64,000 nucleotides of DNA. Source: an uncultured Chloroflexia bacterium. GTDB taxonomy: Bacteria > Chloroflexota > Limnocylindria > Limnocylindrales > CSP1-4. Position numbers and translations under genes: made by a program. Location: NCBI GenBank assembly GCA_963746845.1, contig CAVVCZ010000002.1:128001-192000 (forward strand), in the 5' to 3' direction. The first letter of the stretch is position 1. Each line of letters begins with the position of its first letter. This document shows, piece by piece, positions 43,476 through 52,396 of the stretch. The notes below the pieces were generated by a model. That model ran no database searches. It was not told where the DNA came from and worked only from the letters and a program-made list of their open reading frames with translations.

Positions 43476-43979
43476 CTACCTCGGCTCGTCGTCGGGCGGT
43501 CCTGCCCGACTGGTCGTCGTCGATCGATCCGAGGCGGCAGGCGGATCGAGCTTCCGATCGAACCAGATCCGCTCCCCGGAGAACCGATTCGCGGCCGGGT
43601 CCCACGGGAACAGGATCAGGACCTGGAGCGCGACGGGCAGGCCGCTCGGCGGCGCCCCGGCCCACGGTCCCTGGTTTGTGCCGGTCAGGGTGGCGACCTC
43701 GAACACGCCCTGCGGCCCGACGACGATCTCGCTCAACGCGAACCGGTTGTCCGGGAACGCGCCGAAGAGCTCCGTGTAGAACCCACGGGCACCGTCATGG
43801 CCCTCCCAGCGCTGCCCGGTCGGGACGATCTCGTACACGCAGTCCGGGGCGAGCGTCGCGATCAACCCGTCGATGTTGCGCCGATCCTCGGCGATCGAGT
43901 GGCGGACCCACTGCCGCTTGATCCGGCGCAGCTCCGCAGGGTCGAACCCACGCCCGAGCCGGGCCTGGATGGATGTCAT
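43476..43979 (-). CDS. SnoaL-like ester cyclase/NTF2-family protein
   Basis: H..AE..NIDG, FYTELFGAFPD, GERIWFD. Confidence 0.82.
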   Translation of the reverse strand: MTSIQARLGRGFDPAELRRIKRQWVRHSIAEDRRNIDGLIATLAPDCVYEIVPTGQRWEGHDGARGFYTELFGAFPDNRFALSEIVVGPQGVFEVATLTGTNQGPWAGAPPSGLPVALQVLILFPWDPAANRFSGERIWFDRKLDPPAASDRSTTTSRAGPPDDEPR

Positions 43980-44071
43980 GACCGAATCCTGCGCCTGTCG
44001 GTGCGGCCGCGCTGACCGCTGCTCGCCAGGCGAGCACGGGAAGGCCCGGTCGAGAAGCAGAGAGGGTGGCC

Positions 44072-46390
44072 TCAGGGAACCGCGGGTGGACGAAGCTCCA
44101 CGCGCATCAGCCGCGCGGTCTCGGGCAGGCTGTCCTCCACGTACAACCCGCCACTCCCGTCGAGGGCGATCCCGGCCGTGAACTCGAGCTGGCCGTCCCC
44201 GGCTCCTTCCGGGCCGAACCCGCCGAGGAGCGTGCCATCGGCCCCGAAGACCAGGACGCCGGGGGCGGCGCCGCGCTCGGGGCCCTGCGTCACGAAGATC
44301 CGCCCATCTCCATCGATCGCCATGTGCGACGCCTGCTCGGCGAACGCGCCTTCGCCGACGGCACGCAGGAACCGTCCGGTCGGGTCGAAGACGAGCACCT
44401 TGGACGGTGAGACGACGCTCACATACAGGTTGCCGTGGGGATCGATCGCCAGCGAGTTCGCACCGTTGTTGACCGGTGCGTGCTGGAACGGATCGAACGA
44501 ACCGAGGACCTTGCCGTCGCGGGCGTAGTGCTCCACGACCTGCCGGATGTCGTCCAGGACCCAGACCGAGCCGTCGGGCGCGACGCCGATCCCGACCGGG
44601 TCCGTGTATTCGCCCGGCCGCGTTCCGAACGCTCCCCAGGCGCGCACGAACTTCCGGTTCCGGTCGAACACCTGGACGCGCCGATTGCCGACGTCGAGGA
44701 CGTAGAACGAACCGTCCTTCGCGAACGCGAGCGTGCCGTAGGCGTCGCCGTTGCCACGCGTGAAGTCGAACGGACCGGCGGCGTCGGCAGGAGCCGCCCA
44801 TTCCTCGAGCAGCTTCCCGTCCGGGCCGAAGATGGCGATCCGGTCCGCGTCCGGTTCCGGCGCCCAGATCCGTCCACGCGGGTCGACCGCGATCTGGGAG
44901 ATCGGGGCGAACCCGTGGTCCCGGAGGTCGGTCGTCCAGGTCACGGTCGCGATCGAAGGGAGCGGCGTGGGCGTCGGCCCGGCCGATGGCGAGGGCGACG
45001 GCGTCGGGGCGGCCGACGGCCCGACCGACGGGAACGGGACGGCGGCGATCTGCGCCCCATCACCGCCGATCGAGAAGACGCTGCCGTCCTGCAGTCCGAC
45101 GAAGACGGCGCCCTTGGCGACAGCAATGCAGCAGTTCCCGTACGCGGACAGGTCGAACTGCCACAAGCGGCCGCCGGTGGACCCGTCGATCGCATACACG
45201 CGATGCTCCGAGCCGGCGAACACGTAGACGACCCCGCCGGCGACCACCGGCGCCCGGACCTCGCCGTTCAGCTGGATCCGCCACCTCGTTGCGCCGGTTG
45301 CCGTGTCGATCGCAACCACGCGTCCGTCGTTCGTGGACGCGTAGGCGACTCCGTGGTCGACCGTCGGCAGCGACACCAGGGCGTCCTCGGTCGTCCAGAG
45401 CGGTCGGCCGGTGGTCAGGTCGAATGCGTGGAGCGTCCCGCTCGTCGCGATCGCGGAGACGCCGATGTACGCGATCCCTTCGACGATCGCGGCCGAGCCC
45501 GTGTCCTCGCCGTTCGTGTCGCCGGACCAGACGACTTGGCGCGTCGCCGGATCCACGGCGACGAGGCCGGCGCCATTCGTGCCGGCGATCACGAGCCCGG
45601 TCCCGAAGGCGGGCGCGTCCACCTGGGTCGCGCCCGGCGGCTGGATGCGCCACCGTTCGGCGCCGGTCGCGGCATCCACTGCGACCAGGAATCCGTCGGA
45701 CGTCCCGAGGTAGAGCATCCCGTCGGCCTCGATCAGGCGGCTCGGTGTCACGTATTCGATCGTCGACGTCCAGACGGGAGTTCCGTCGGCCTGGGAGTAC
45801 GCATGCAACACGCCGGTCGCATCGCTCAGGTACAGCCGCCCGTCGCCCGCGTACGGGCCCGAGGGCGGGTTGTTCGGGACGGTCCTCGTCCATTGGAGGA
45901 TGCCGCGATCACGCGACACGGCCTGGAGCGTGCCGTCGTCACTCGCAAAGTACGCCCGGTCGCCGACGATCGCGACCTCCAGGACGATGCCGCCCGCGTG
46001 GAACTGCCAGTTCAGGACCGGACTCCCGGCCGGCCCCCGGACGCCGACTCCTGAGCGATCCGCGTTGCCGCGGAAGCCCGACCAGTCGCCGGTCTCGATC
46101 GGCGGCGGCGGCCTGAGCACGAGCCAGGCGCCGACGGCCGCGCCCGCGATGGCGACCAGGAGGAGCGCGAGGATCGCCGCGAGGACGAGACCCCGGTTCG
46201 GCATGCCGACGGCGGCCCGGGTCGTCCGCGTGCGCATCGGCCGCTCCGCCAGCTGCGCCCACCAGCGCGGCCGCGGCCGCGTGGCGCTCGTCGTCGCCAG
46301 GATCCGGCCGAGGACCTCGTCGGGCGCGCCGGCGGCTTCGTCGGCCATCCAGCCGGCGACCATCCGCTCGAACGGCAGCGGTTCGTTCAT
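44072..46390 (-). CDS. Putative anti-sigma factor: short cytoplasmic N-terminus, TM, PQQ-like propeller + NHL propeller
   Basis: Coupled to ECF sigma (ATGA overlap); repeated A.D..TG...W blades; NHL motifs P.GI.V..DG. Confidence 0.82.
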   Translation of the reverse strand: MNEPLPFERMVAGWMADEAAGAPDEVLGRILATTSATRPRPRWWAQLAERPMRTRTTRAAVGMPNRGLVLAAILALLLVAIAGAAVGAWLVLRPPPPIETGDWSGFRGNADRSGVGVRGPAGSPVLNWQFHAGGIVLEVAIVGDRAYFASDDGTLQAVSRDRGILQWTRTVPNNPPSGPYAGDGRLYLSDATGVLHAYSQADGTPVWTSTIEYVTPSRLIEADGMLYLGTSDGFLVAVDAATGAERWRIQPPGATQVDAPAFGTGLVIAGTNGAGLVAVDPATRQVVWSGDTNGEDTGSAAIVEGIAYIGVSAIATSGTLHAFDLTTGRPLWTTEDALVSLPTVDHGVAYASTNDGRVVAIDTATGATRWRIQLNGEVRAPVVAGGVVYVFAGSEHRVYAIDGSTGGRLWQFDLSAYGNCCIAVAKGAVFVGLQDGSVFSIGGDGAQIAAVPFPSVGPSAAPTPSPSPSAGPTPTPLPSIATVTWTTDLRDHGFAPISQIAVDPRGRIWAPEPDADRIAIFGPDGKLLEEWAAPADAAGPFDFTRGNGDAYGTLAFAKDGSFYVLDVGNRRVQVFDRNRKFVRAWGAFGTRPGEYTDPVGIGVAPDGSVWVLDDIRQVVEHYARDGKVLGSFDPFQHAPVNNGANSLAIDPHGNLYVSVVSPSKVLVFDPTGRFLRAVGEGAFAEQASHMAIDGDGRIFVTQGPERGAAPGVLVFGADGTLLGGFGPEGAGDGQLEFTAGIALDGSGGLYVEDSLPETARLMRVELRPPAVP

Positions 46391-46947
46391 GCCGTTCGCT
46401 CCTCGGACGTCAGCGAGTCGCGGCCCGCTTCGTCCGACAGCGCCGTCCGGAGGGTCTCGAGCCCTCGATGGAGACGCGATTTGGCCGTGCCGACGGGGAT
46501 GTCGAGCACATCTGCCGCGTCGGTCAGCGGCAGGTCGAGATAGAAGTGGAGGACCATCACGGCCCGCTGATCGACGGGCAACCGGCTCAGTTCGCGGGCG
46601 ATCCGGTCACGTTCGGCCAGCGGGGCCGTGAAGTCCCGGTCCGTGGGGTCGCGATCGGGCTCGACATGCAGCTCGGCCACGTCCCGCCGCTTGGCCGTGC
46701 GGGCAAGCCGATAGCAGGCTCGAACCGTGAGCCGGTACAGCCACGCGTCCCACGCCTCCGGTTCGCGGATCGCCCGGATGTGTTTCCACGCGAGGACGAG
46801 CGCTTCCTGCACCGCGTCCTGGGCCCGATCTTCGTCCCGGAGGATGAGCTTGGCCGCGCCGTACAGACGGCCGAAGGAAGCGCTCGCGAGTTCCGAGAAC
46901 GCCTCGTGATCGCCCGACCGCGCTCGCTCGACGAGCTCGACCTGCAT
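46387..46947 (-). CDS. ECF RNA polymerase sigma factor
   Basis: AQDAVQEA, AWLYR, LPVDQRAV, GTAKSRLHRG. Confidence 0.95.
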   Translation of the reverse strand: MQVELVERARSGDHEAFSELASASFGRLYGAAKLILRDEDRAQDAVQEALVLAWKHIRAIREPEAWDAWLYRLTVRACYRLARTAKRRDVAELHVEPDRDPTDRDFTAPLAERDRIARELSRLPVDQRAVMVLHFYLDLPLTDAADVLDIPVGTAKSRLHRGLETLRTALSDEAGRDSLTSEERTA

Positions 46948-46991
46948 CCCGCTCCTGCTCCAGGAACCGTCCCGGGACGGTGCTCGAACGA

Positions 46992-47023
46992 TACGAGGCA
47001 CCGCGACCACGAAACGGTTCCCT
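46992..47023 (-). promoter_or_regulatory. Putative ECF promoter of the sigma/anti-sigma operon
   Basis: agGGAACcgtttcg-N9-tgcctcgta, same as the site at 49302-49333. Confidence 0.75.
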
Positions 47024-47048
47024 GGCGCAGCGGTTTCCGTGGGTCCCG

Positions 47049-49259
47049 TCAGCCGGCGAGCGGCTTGACGAGGTCGATCTTCATCAGCCGGGCCGATTGG
47101 GGCAGGCTGTCCATCGCGTAGAGGTGGCCCTTCCCGTCGAGCGCGAGGCCCGCCGGGAAGGCGAGCTGGCCATCGCCAACACCGTTCGGCCCGAACGCCC
47201 CGAGCGGCCTGCCGTCCGCCGCGAAGGCCAGGATGCCGCCTCCGGGATGGCTGCCGCCGCCCTGGCTGACGAACAGGCGACCCTTCGCGTCGATCGCCAT
47301 CTGGGTCGGCTGATCAGTGAACAGGCCCGTGCCGAATACCCGGATGAGCTTGCCGGCCCCGTCGAACTCGGCGACCTGGTTCGGCTCGATCTGGGTCACA
47401 TAGAGGCGGCCCGCCACGTCGATTGCGATCCCGTTCGAGCCGTCATTGCGCGGGGCGTTCGAGAACGGGTCGAACGATCCGAGCACCTTGCCGGTCCGGT
47501 CGTAGTGCTCGAGGACGCTCCGTATGTCGTCGAGCACCCAGATCGTGCCGTCGCGGGCGACGACGATCCCGACCGGATCGCTGTACTGGCCCGGACCGGT
47601 CCCGAACGAGCCCCATTGCCGCACGAAGCGACGCTTCGCATCGAACAGCTCCACCCTCCGGTTCCCGACATCGAGGACCGCGAAGGATCCATCCCGGCCG
47701 AAGGCGAGCGTGCCGTAGCCGTCACCGTTCTTGCGTCGGAGCGTGAACTGGCCGGGGCCGCTGCCCGACGCGCCCCACTCCTCGAGTCGCTTCCCGTCCG
47801 GGCCGAGGATCACGAACGCGTCGGTTCCGGCCTCGGGGGCCCAGATCCGCCCTCTCGGGTCGACCGCGATCTGGTTGATCGGCTCGATGCCCGTGCCGCG
47901 CAGATCGGCGGTCCACGCGACCTTCACCGCAAGGGTCGTCAGGACGGGGGCGGCAGGCGGAGCCGCGCTCGGGGCCGGGCCGGGCGCGGCGGTGATCGTC
48001 GTCGCGAACGGCTGGGGCGTGACGGCGGTGCCGTCGCCGCCGATCGAGTAGACCGTGCCGCTCAGCGTCGAGACGAAGACGGCTCCTCGCGCGACCGCGA
48101 TGCAGCAGTCGTTGTTGCCGTCGACGTCGAACTGCCAGAGCTTGCCGCCGGTCTTCGCGTCCAGCGCGTAGACGCGCTTCTCGTCGTCGACCGGCAGGTA
48201 GACGACGCCGCCCGCGACCGCTGACGGCCGGACGAATCCGTCGACCTTGCCCTGCCAGACCGTCTTGCCGGTCGTCGTGTCGATCGCGTCGACGAGGCCA
48301 TTCACGCTCGCGCCATAGGCGATCCGGTCGGCGACCGTCGGGAATGTCAGCAGCTGGTCCGCGGCCGTCCAGCGGAGCGTGCCGGTCGCAGCGTCGTACG
48401 CCCGGAGCGTGCCGCTCGTCGCATCCGCCCCGACACCGAGGTAGGCGATCCCGTCAATCACGGCCGCACTGCCCGTATCGACGTGGCCGGTGTCGGTCTG
48501 CCAGACGATCCGGTGGGTCGTGGCGTCGATCGCCACATAGCCGGCGTCGTCGGTGCCGGCGTAGACCTTGCCGTTCGCGAACGCGGGATTGTCGACGTGG
48601 TTCGCGCCGGGTGGGTTGACCTTCCAGCGCTCGGCGCCGGTCGCGGCGTCGACCGCGACGACGAAGCCGTCGCGGGTCCCGAAATACACCACGCCATCGG
48701 TGCTGATCAGGTTGCCCGGATTTGCGTAGGTCTGCCCCGACGTCCAGGCCGGTTTCCCCGTCGCGCCGTCGTAGGCATGGACGACGCCGGCGGCGTCCGC
48801 GACGAAGACCCGACCGTCCATGACCGACGGACCACCGAGCGGCGGGTTCGGCACGGTCACGGACCACTGCTCGACGCCGCTGTCCCACGACACCGCGTGG
48901 AGCACGCCGTCGTCGCTGGAGAAGAAGGCATCGTCGCCGGCGATCGAGATGTTGTTCGGCACACCGCCGCCGGCGTGGAACGACCAGTTCAGGATCGGCT
49001 TGCCGACCGGGCCCTTCGAACCGACGCCGGAATGGTCCGCCGAACCCCGGAACCCCGACCAGTCGTCGGCGACGAGCGAGCCGACGTCGGGAGCGACCGA
49101 CGCGGCCGGGGTCGTCGAGGGTGCCGGAGCGGCCGCTGATGCCGCCGGCACCGGCGGGGCAGCCGACGAGGTGGGCTGACTGGATCCGCAACCCGCGGCT
49201 CCGAAGGCGATGACGAGGACGCCGGTGACTGCCGCGAGGCGGCTCGACTGGGTGCGCAT
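47049..49259 (-). CDS. Lipoprotein with PQQ-like + NHL propellers (paralog of the anti-sigma ectodomain)
   Basis: Lipobox AAG|C; DWSGFRG..., GP.G.P.LNW.FHAGG, CCIAVA.GAVFV and IAVDPRGRIWAPE shared with 44072-46390. Confidence 0.88.
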   Translation of the reverse strand: MRTQSSRLAAVTGVLVIAFGAAGCGSSQPTSSAAPPVPAASAAAPAPSTTPAASVAPDVGSLVADDWSGFRGSADHSGVGSKGPVGKPILNWSFHAGGGVPNNISIAGDDAFFSSDDGVLHAVSWDSGVEQWSVTVPNPPLGGPSVMDGRVFVADAAGVVHAYDGATGKPAWTSGQTYANPGNLISTDGVVYFGTRDGFVVAVDAATGAERWKVNPPGANHVDNPAFANGKVYAGTDDAGYVAIDATTHRIVWQTDTGHVDTGSAAVIDGIAYLGVGADATSGTLRAYDAATGTLRWTAADQLLTFPTVADRIAYGASVNGLVDAIDTTTGKTVWQGKVDGFVRPSAVAGGVVYLPVDDEKRVYALDAKTGGKLWQFDVDGNNDCCIAVARGAVFVSTLSGTVYSIGGDGTAVTPQPFATTITAAPGPAPSAAPPAAPVLTTLAVKVAWTADLRGTGIEPINQIAVDPRGRIWAPEAGTDAFVILGPDGKRLEEWGASGSGPGQFTLRRKNGDGYGTLAFGRDGSFAVLDVGNRRVELFDAKRRFVRQWGSFGTGPGQYSDPVGIVVARDGTIWVLDDIRSVLEHYDRTGKVLGSFDPFSNAPRNDGSNGIAIDVAGRLYVTQIEPNQVAEFDGAGKLIRVFGTGLFTDQPTQMAIDAKGRLFVSQGGGSHPGGGILAFAADGRPLGAFGPNGVGDGQLAFPAGLALDGKGHLYAMDSLPQSARLMKIDLVKPLAG

Positions 49260-49301
49260 CCGAGGCTCCCTCCTGCGGCACGTCCGGCCGCGTCTGGGGA
49301 A

Positions 49302-49333
49302 TAGGAGCCACGCGGATGTCGAAACGGTTCCCT
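49302..49333 (-). promoter_or_regulatory. Putative ECF promoter of the lipoprotein gene
   Basis: agGGAACcgtttcg-N9-tggctccta; 14-bp identical box and identical spacing to 46992-47023. Confidence 0.75.
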
Positions 49334-49504
49334 CGCCCTCGGGTCACAGGCAGGACATCGGCTCGTGGCTTGCGCGCCGGACAGGTGGGCCGCCGGCCGG
49401 GCCGTTCGTCGGCGGGGATGGGTCGGAACCGACAGAGTGCTCGCCGGGCGGACAGCCCGGGGGCCGAGCGACGCCGGGGCGCCGCCGCCGCCGGGCGGGC
49501 GGAT

Positions 49505-50857
49505 CTAGTGCTCGGTGGCCCCCGTGAACGTCCAGCCGTCGATGCGCACCGGCGGCACCAGCACGCCGCCGAAGTCGCCCCGGATCGTCCGCCGCTCGCT
49601 GCCCACCGCCACCGTCCCGGCCAGCGCCGCGAGATAGCTCTGCGTGAAGCGCAGGTTCCGGACCGGGCCGACGATCCGGCCGCCCTCGACGAGGAACGTC
49701 CCGTCCCGGGTCATGCCCGTGACGATCGCGAGCTTCGGGTGGACCGGGTTCGTGTAGTGGAACCGCGTGACGAGCAGGCCCCGGTCCATGCCGCCGACGA
49801 GGTCCGCGCGCGTCGTCGCCCCGGCCGACATCACCATGTTCAACGGGAACGGCCCATAGGAGTTCGGCGCCGGCAGGCCGTGGCCCGTCGACTGCCGTCC
49901 GGCTCGCGCCGCGGTCTGCTGGTCCCAAACGACGTCGCGGCACACGCCCCGCTCGACGAGCACGACCCGCTGCTTCGCGACCCCCTCGTAGTCGAACGCC
50001 ATCGGCATGGCCCCGGGCTCCGTCGCGTCGTCGACGATCGTGACCAGCTCGCTGCCGATCACCCGGCCCGGCTCCGCGAACGAGCGCTCCTCCTGGACCG
50101 CGAGCGCGCTGAAGCCCATGAACGCGAGCATCGACAGCAGGTCGACGACCGCGTACTCCTCGAGCACGACCGTCCAATCACCCGGATCGACCGCGACCGG
50201 GTTGGCCGTCACGCGGGCCTTCTCCGCCGCCTCCCGTCCCACCTCCGCCGCGTCGATCGCGCCCAGGTCGACGCCCGCCTGCTCGGCGTACCCGGACCCG
50301 CCATCGGGGGCCATCGTCACCGTCAGCAGCTGGGCGGCAGTTCTCCGCTGAGCGGCTCGAATCCCATGGGAGTTCGCGATCCCCAGGTGCTCCGCGCTCG
50401 TCGAGAACGACCCGAACGCCCGAACGCCCGCGGCGTCGGCGGCGGCGATGACGGCCCGAACGCCCTCGGCCCGCTGCTCGGGGGTCGCGCCGGCCGTCGC
50501 CTCGGACCAGCCGGCCGGCTGGTCGACGATCGGCGTCGGGCCGGGCAGCCCACCCCAGTCCTCCAGCTCGGCCGAGTTCCGGGCGATCGCGACGGCGGTC
50601 TCGGCCAGCCGCCGGAGGCCCTCGTCGTCCAGCCGGTTCGACGACGCCACCCCGACACGCTTCCCGATCGCGACCCGGAGGTTCAGGCTGCCATTGGTCT
50701 CGGCGACGTTCTGGTGGATCTCGCTGTTCGCGAACCGGGTGAGCTGGGCCCGGTCCGCCGAGACGAGCCCTTCCGCCTCCGACGCGCCGGCGCTCATCGC
50801 CAGCTCCACGACCCGCTGGGCCGCCGCGAGCGGGTCGACCCAGGTCCCGTCGATCAC
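49505..50857 (-). CDS. tldE: TldE/PmbA-family protein
   Basis: TRFANSEIHQN, FDYEG, TGH, TGMTRDG, VRNLRF. Confidence 0.88.
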   Translation of the reverse strand: MIDGTWVDPLAAAQRVVELAMSAGASEAEGLVSADRAQLTRFANSEIHQNVAETNGSLNLRVAIGKRVGVASSNRLDDEGLRRLAETAVAIARNSAELEDWGGLPGPTPIVDQPAGWSEATAGATPEQRAEGVRAVIAAADAAGVRAFGSFSTSAEHLGIANSHGIRAAQRRTAAQLLTVTMAPDGGSGYAEQAGVDLGAIDAAEVGREAAEKARVTANPVAVDPGDWTVVLEEYAVVDLLSMLAFMGFSALAVQEERSFAEPGRVIGSELVTIVDDATEPGAMPMAFDYEGVAKQRVVLVERGVCRDVVWDQQTAARAGRQSTGHGLPAPNSYGPFPLNMVMSAGATTRADLVGGMDRGLLVTRFHYTNPVHPKLAIVTGMTRDGTFLVEGGRIVGPVRNLRFTQSYLAALAGTVAVGSERRTIRGDFGGVLVPPVRIDGWTFTGATEH

Positions 50858-52305
50858 CACTTGCCGACCCCGACCTGGACGTCGCGGAACCGCGCCCCGG
50901 AACAGGCGTGCCCGACGTGGGCTCCCTGGCCCGGCTCGCCCTTGCCGCAGTTCGGCGTCCCGAGCATCACGTAGCTGGACCGATCGCCGACCGCGTCGCA
51001 CGACCGCCAGAACTCGTAGGTGATGCCGGTGTACGTGGGGTTCTTGAAGAGCCGGCCCTTCTTCCCGCCCTTGATCTCGTAGGCGACCTCTGTCGAGAAC
51101 TGGAAGTTCAGACGGCGGTCGTCGATCGACCATGACCGGTTCGAGGCGAGGTACAGCCCGTCGTCCGTGTCGGCAACGATGTCGTCGAGGCTCATCCCCG
51201 GACGCGGCAGCAGGTTCACGTTCGTCATCCGGATCAGCGGGATCCGGTTCCAGCCATCGGCCCGCATCGCCCCGCCCGACTGCCGGCCGATCCGCGGCGC
51301 GGTCTCGCGCGACGAGAGGTACCCGACGAAGATCCCGTCCCGGACCAGTGGGACGGCCTGAGCGGCGACCCCCTCGTCGTCCCAGCCGAACGTCCCCATA
51401 CCGCCCGGCGCGGTGGCGTCCGCGACGATCGTCACGAGGTCGCTGCCGTAGCGGAAGCCCTCGTCGAGCTTGTCGGTCGTCAGGAAGCTCGTCCCCGCGT
51501 AGCTGGCCTCGGTCCCGAAGACGCGATCCAGCTCCGTCGGGTGTCCGCAGCTCTCGTGGACCTGCATGTACAGCTGCGACGGATCCAGCACGACGTGAAC
51601 CGACCGGACGGACATTGTGGCGCGCTGAGCAGCTCGACGGCCTCCTCGGCGAGCGGGCCCGGCGCGGCCGGCCAGGTCGAGCCCGCGGACGAACTCGTAC
51701 CCGGCGGCGTGGAACGGCCCACCGTCGGCATCGGGATAGGCGCGTCGCTGGTGCTCGTCGCCCTCGATCGCGTTGGCCTCGACGCCGGCGCCGACGTGGG
51801 TCACGGTCTGCTCGGTCCAGCTGCCGTCCGTGGCCGCGAACGTCCGGGTCTCGCGCAGGGCGTCGTAGCGGGCTTCGACGAACGCGACGCCCTTGACTCC
51901 GCGCGCTGCCTCGTCCGCCGCGAGCAGGTGCCCGATCTTCTCCTCGAGCGGGACCGTGAACGGGTCCTCGCGGATCGGGGTCTCGTAGGTGCCGTGGGCC
52001 GGTGGCCGGTCATCGAGCCGGACGCGATCGCGAAGGGCGGTCGCGGAGGCACGGGCGATCCGCACGGCCTCGGCGGCGACGCGGTCGGCCTCGGCGGCGG
52101 TCAGGAGGCTCGAGCTGGCGAAGCCCCAACCGCCGTCGACCAGGACGCGCACGCCGAAGCCCTCGCTCTCGCCCGAGGCAACGCCCTCGACCCGGCCGCT
52201 CTTGACGGCGATGGACTCGTCCCGCCGGCGGACGACCCGCGCGTCGGCGTACGACGCGCCGAGCTGCACGGCCGTATCGAGGGAGCGCTCGCTCAGGTCA
52301 CGCAT
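50854..52305 (-). CDS. tldD: TldD metalloprotease (compensating frameshifts ~51595-51660)
   Basis: HESCGH zinc motif, WDDEG, RMTN, CGKGEP. Confidence 0.92.
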   Translation of the reverse strand: MRDLSERSLDTAVQLGASYADARVVRRRDESIAVKSGRVEGVASGESEGFGVRVLVDGGWGFASSSLLTAAEADRVAAEAVRIARASATALRDRVRLDDRPPAHGTYETPIREDPFTVPLEEKIGHLLAADEAARGVKGVAFVEARYDALRETRTFAATDGSWTEQTVTHVGAGVEANAIEGDEHQRRAYPDADGGPFHAAGYEFVRGLDLAGRAGPARRGGRRAAQRATMSVRSVHVVLDPSQLYMQVHESCGHPTELDRVFGTEASYAGTSFLTTDKLDEGFRYGSDLVTIVADATAPGGMGTFGWDDEGVAAQAVPLVRDGIFVGYLSSRETAPRIGRQSGGAMRADGWNRIPLIRMTNVNLLPRPGMSLDDIVADTDDGLYLASNRSWSIDDRRLNFQFSTEVAYEIKGGKKGRLFKNPTYTGITYEFWRSCDAVGDRSSYVMLGTPNCGKGEPGQGAHVGHACSGARFRDVQVGVGKW

Positions 52306-52396
52306 CGGGAGCCGGAGGGTATCAAAGGCGGTTGCCCGAAGTCGGTGAGGCGTTGTCCCTATTCCATGGCGCGGGCCTGGTCCGACCTGCGGGTTC

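Noticed and set aside
44074-44082. agggaaccg near the anti-sigma stop as a third ECF promoter
   Set aside because: On the plus strand within the gene end, and lacks the tttcg extension and -10 box
49505-52305. TldD/E as maturation proteases for the small proteins at 59566 and 63025
   Set aside because: 7 kb away, widely distributed genes, and no RiPP-modifying enzymes nearby
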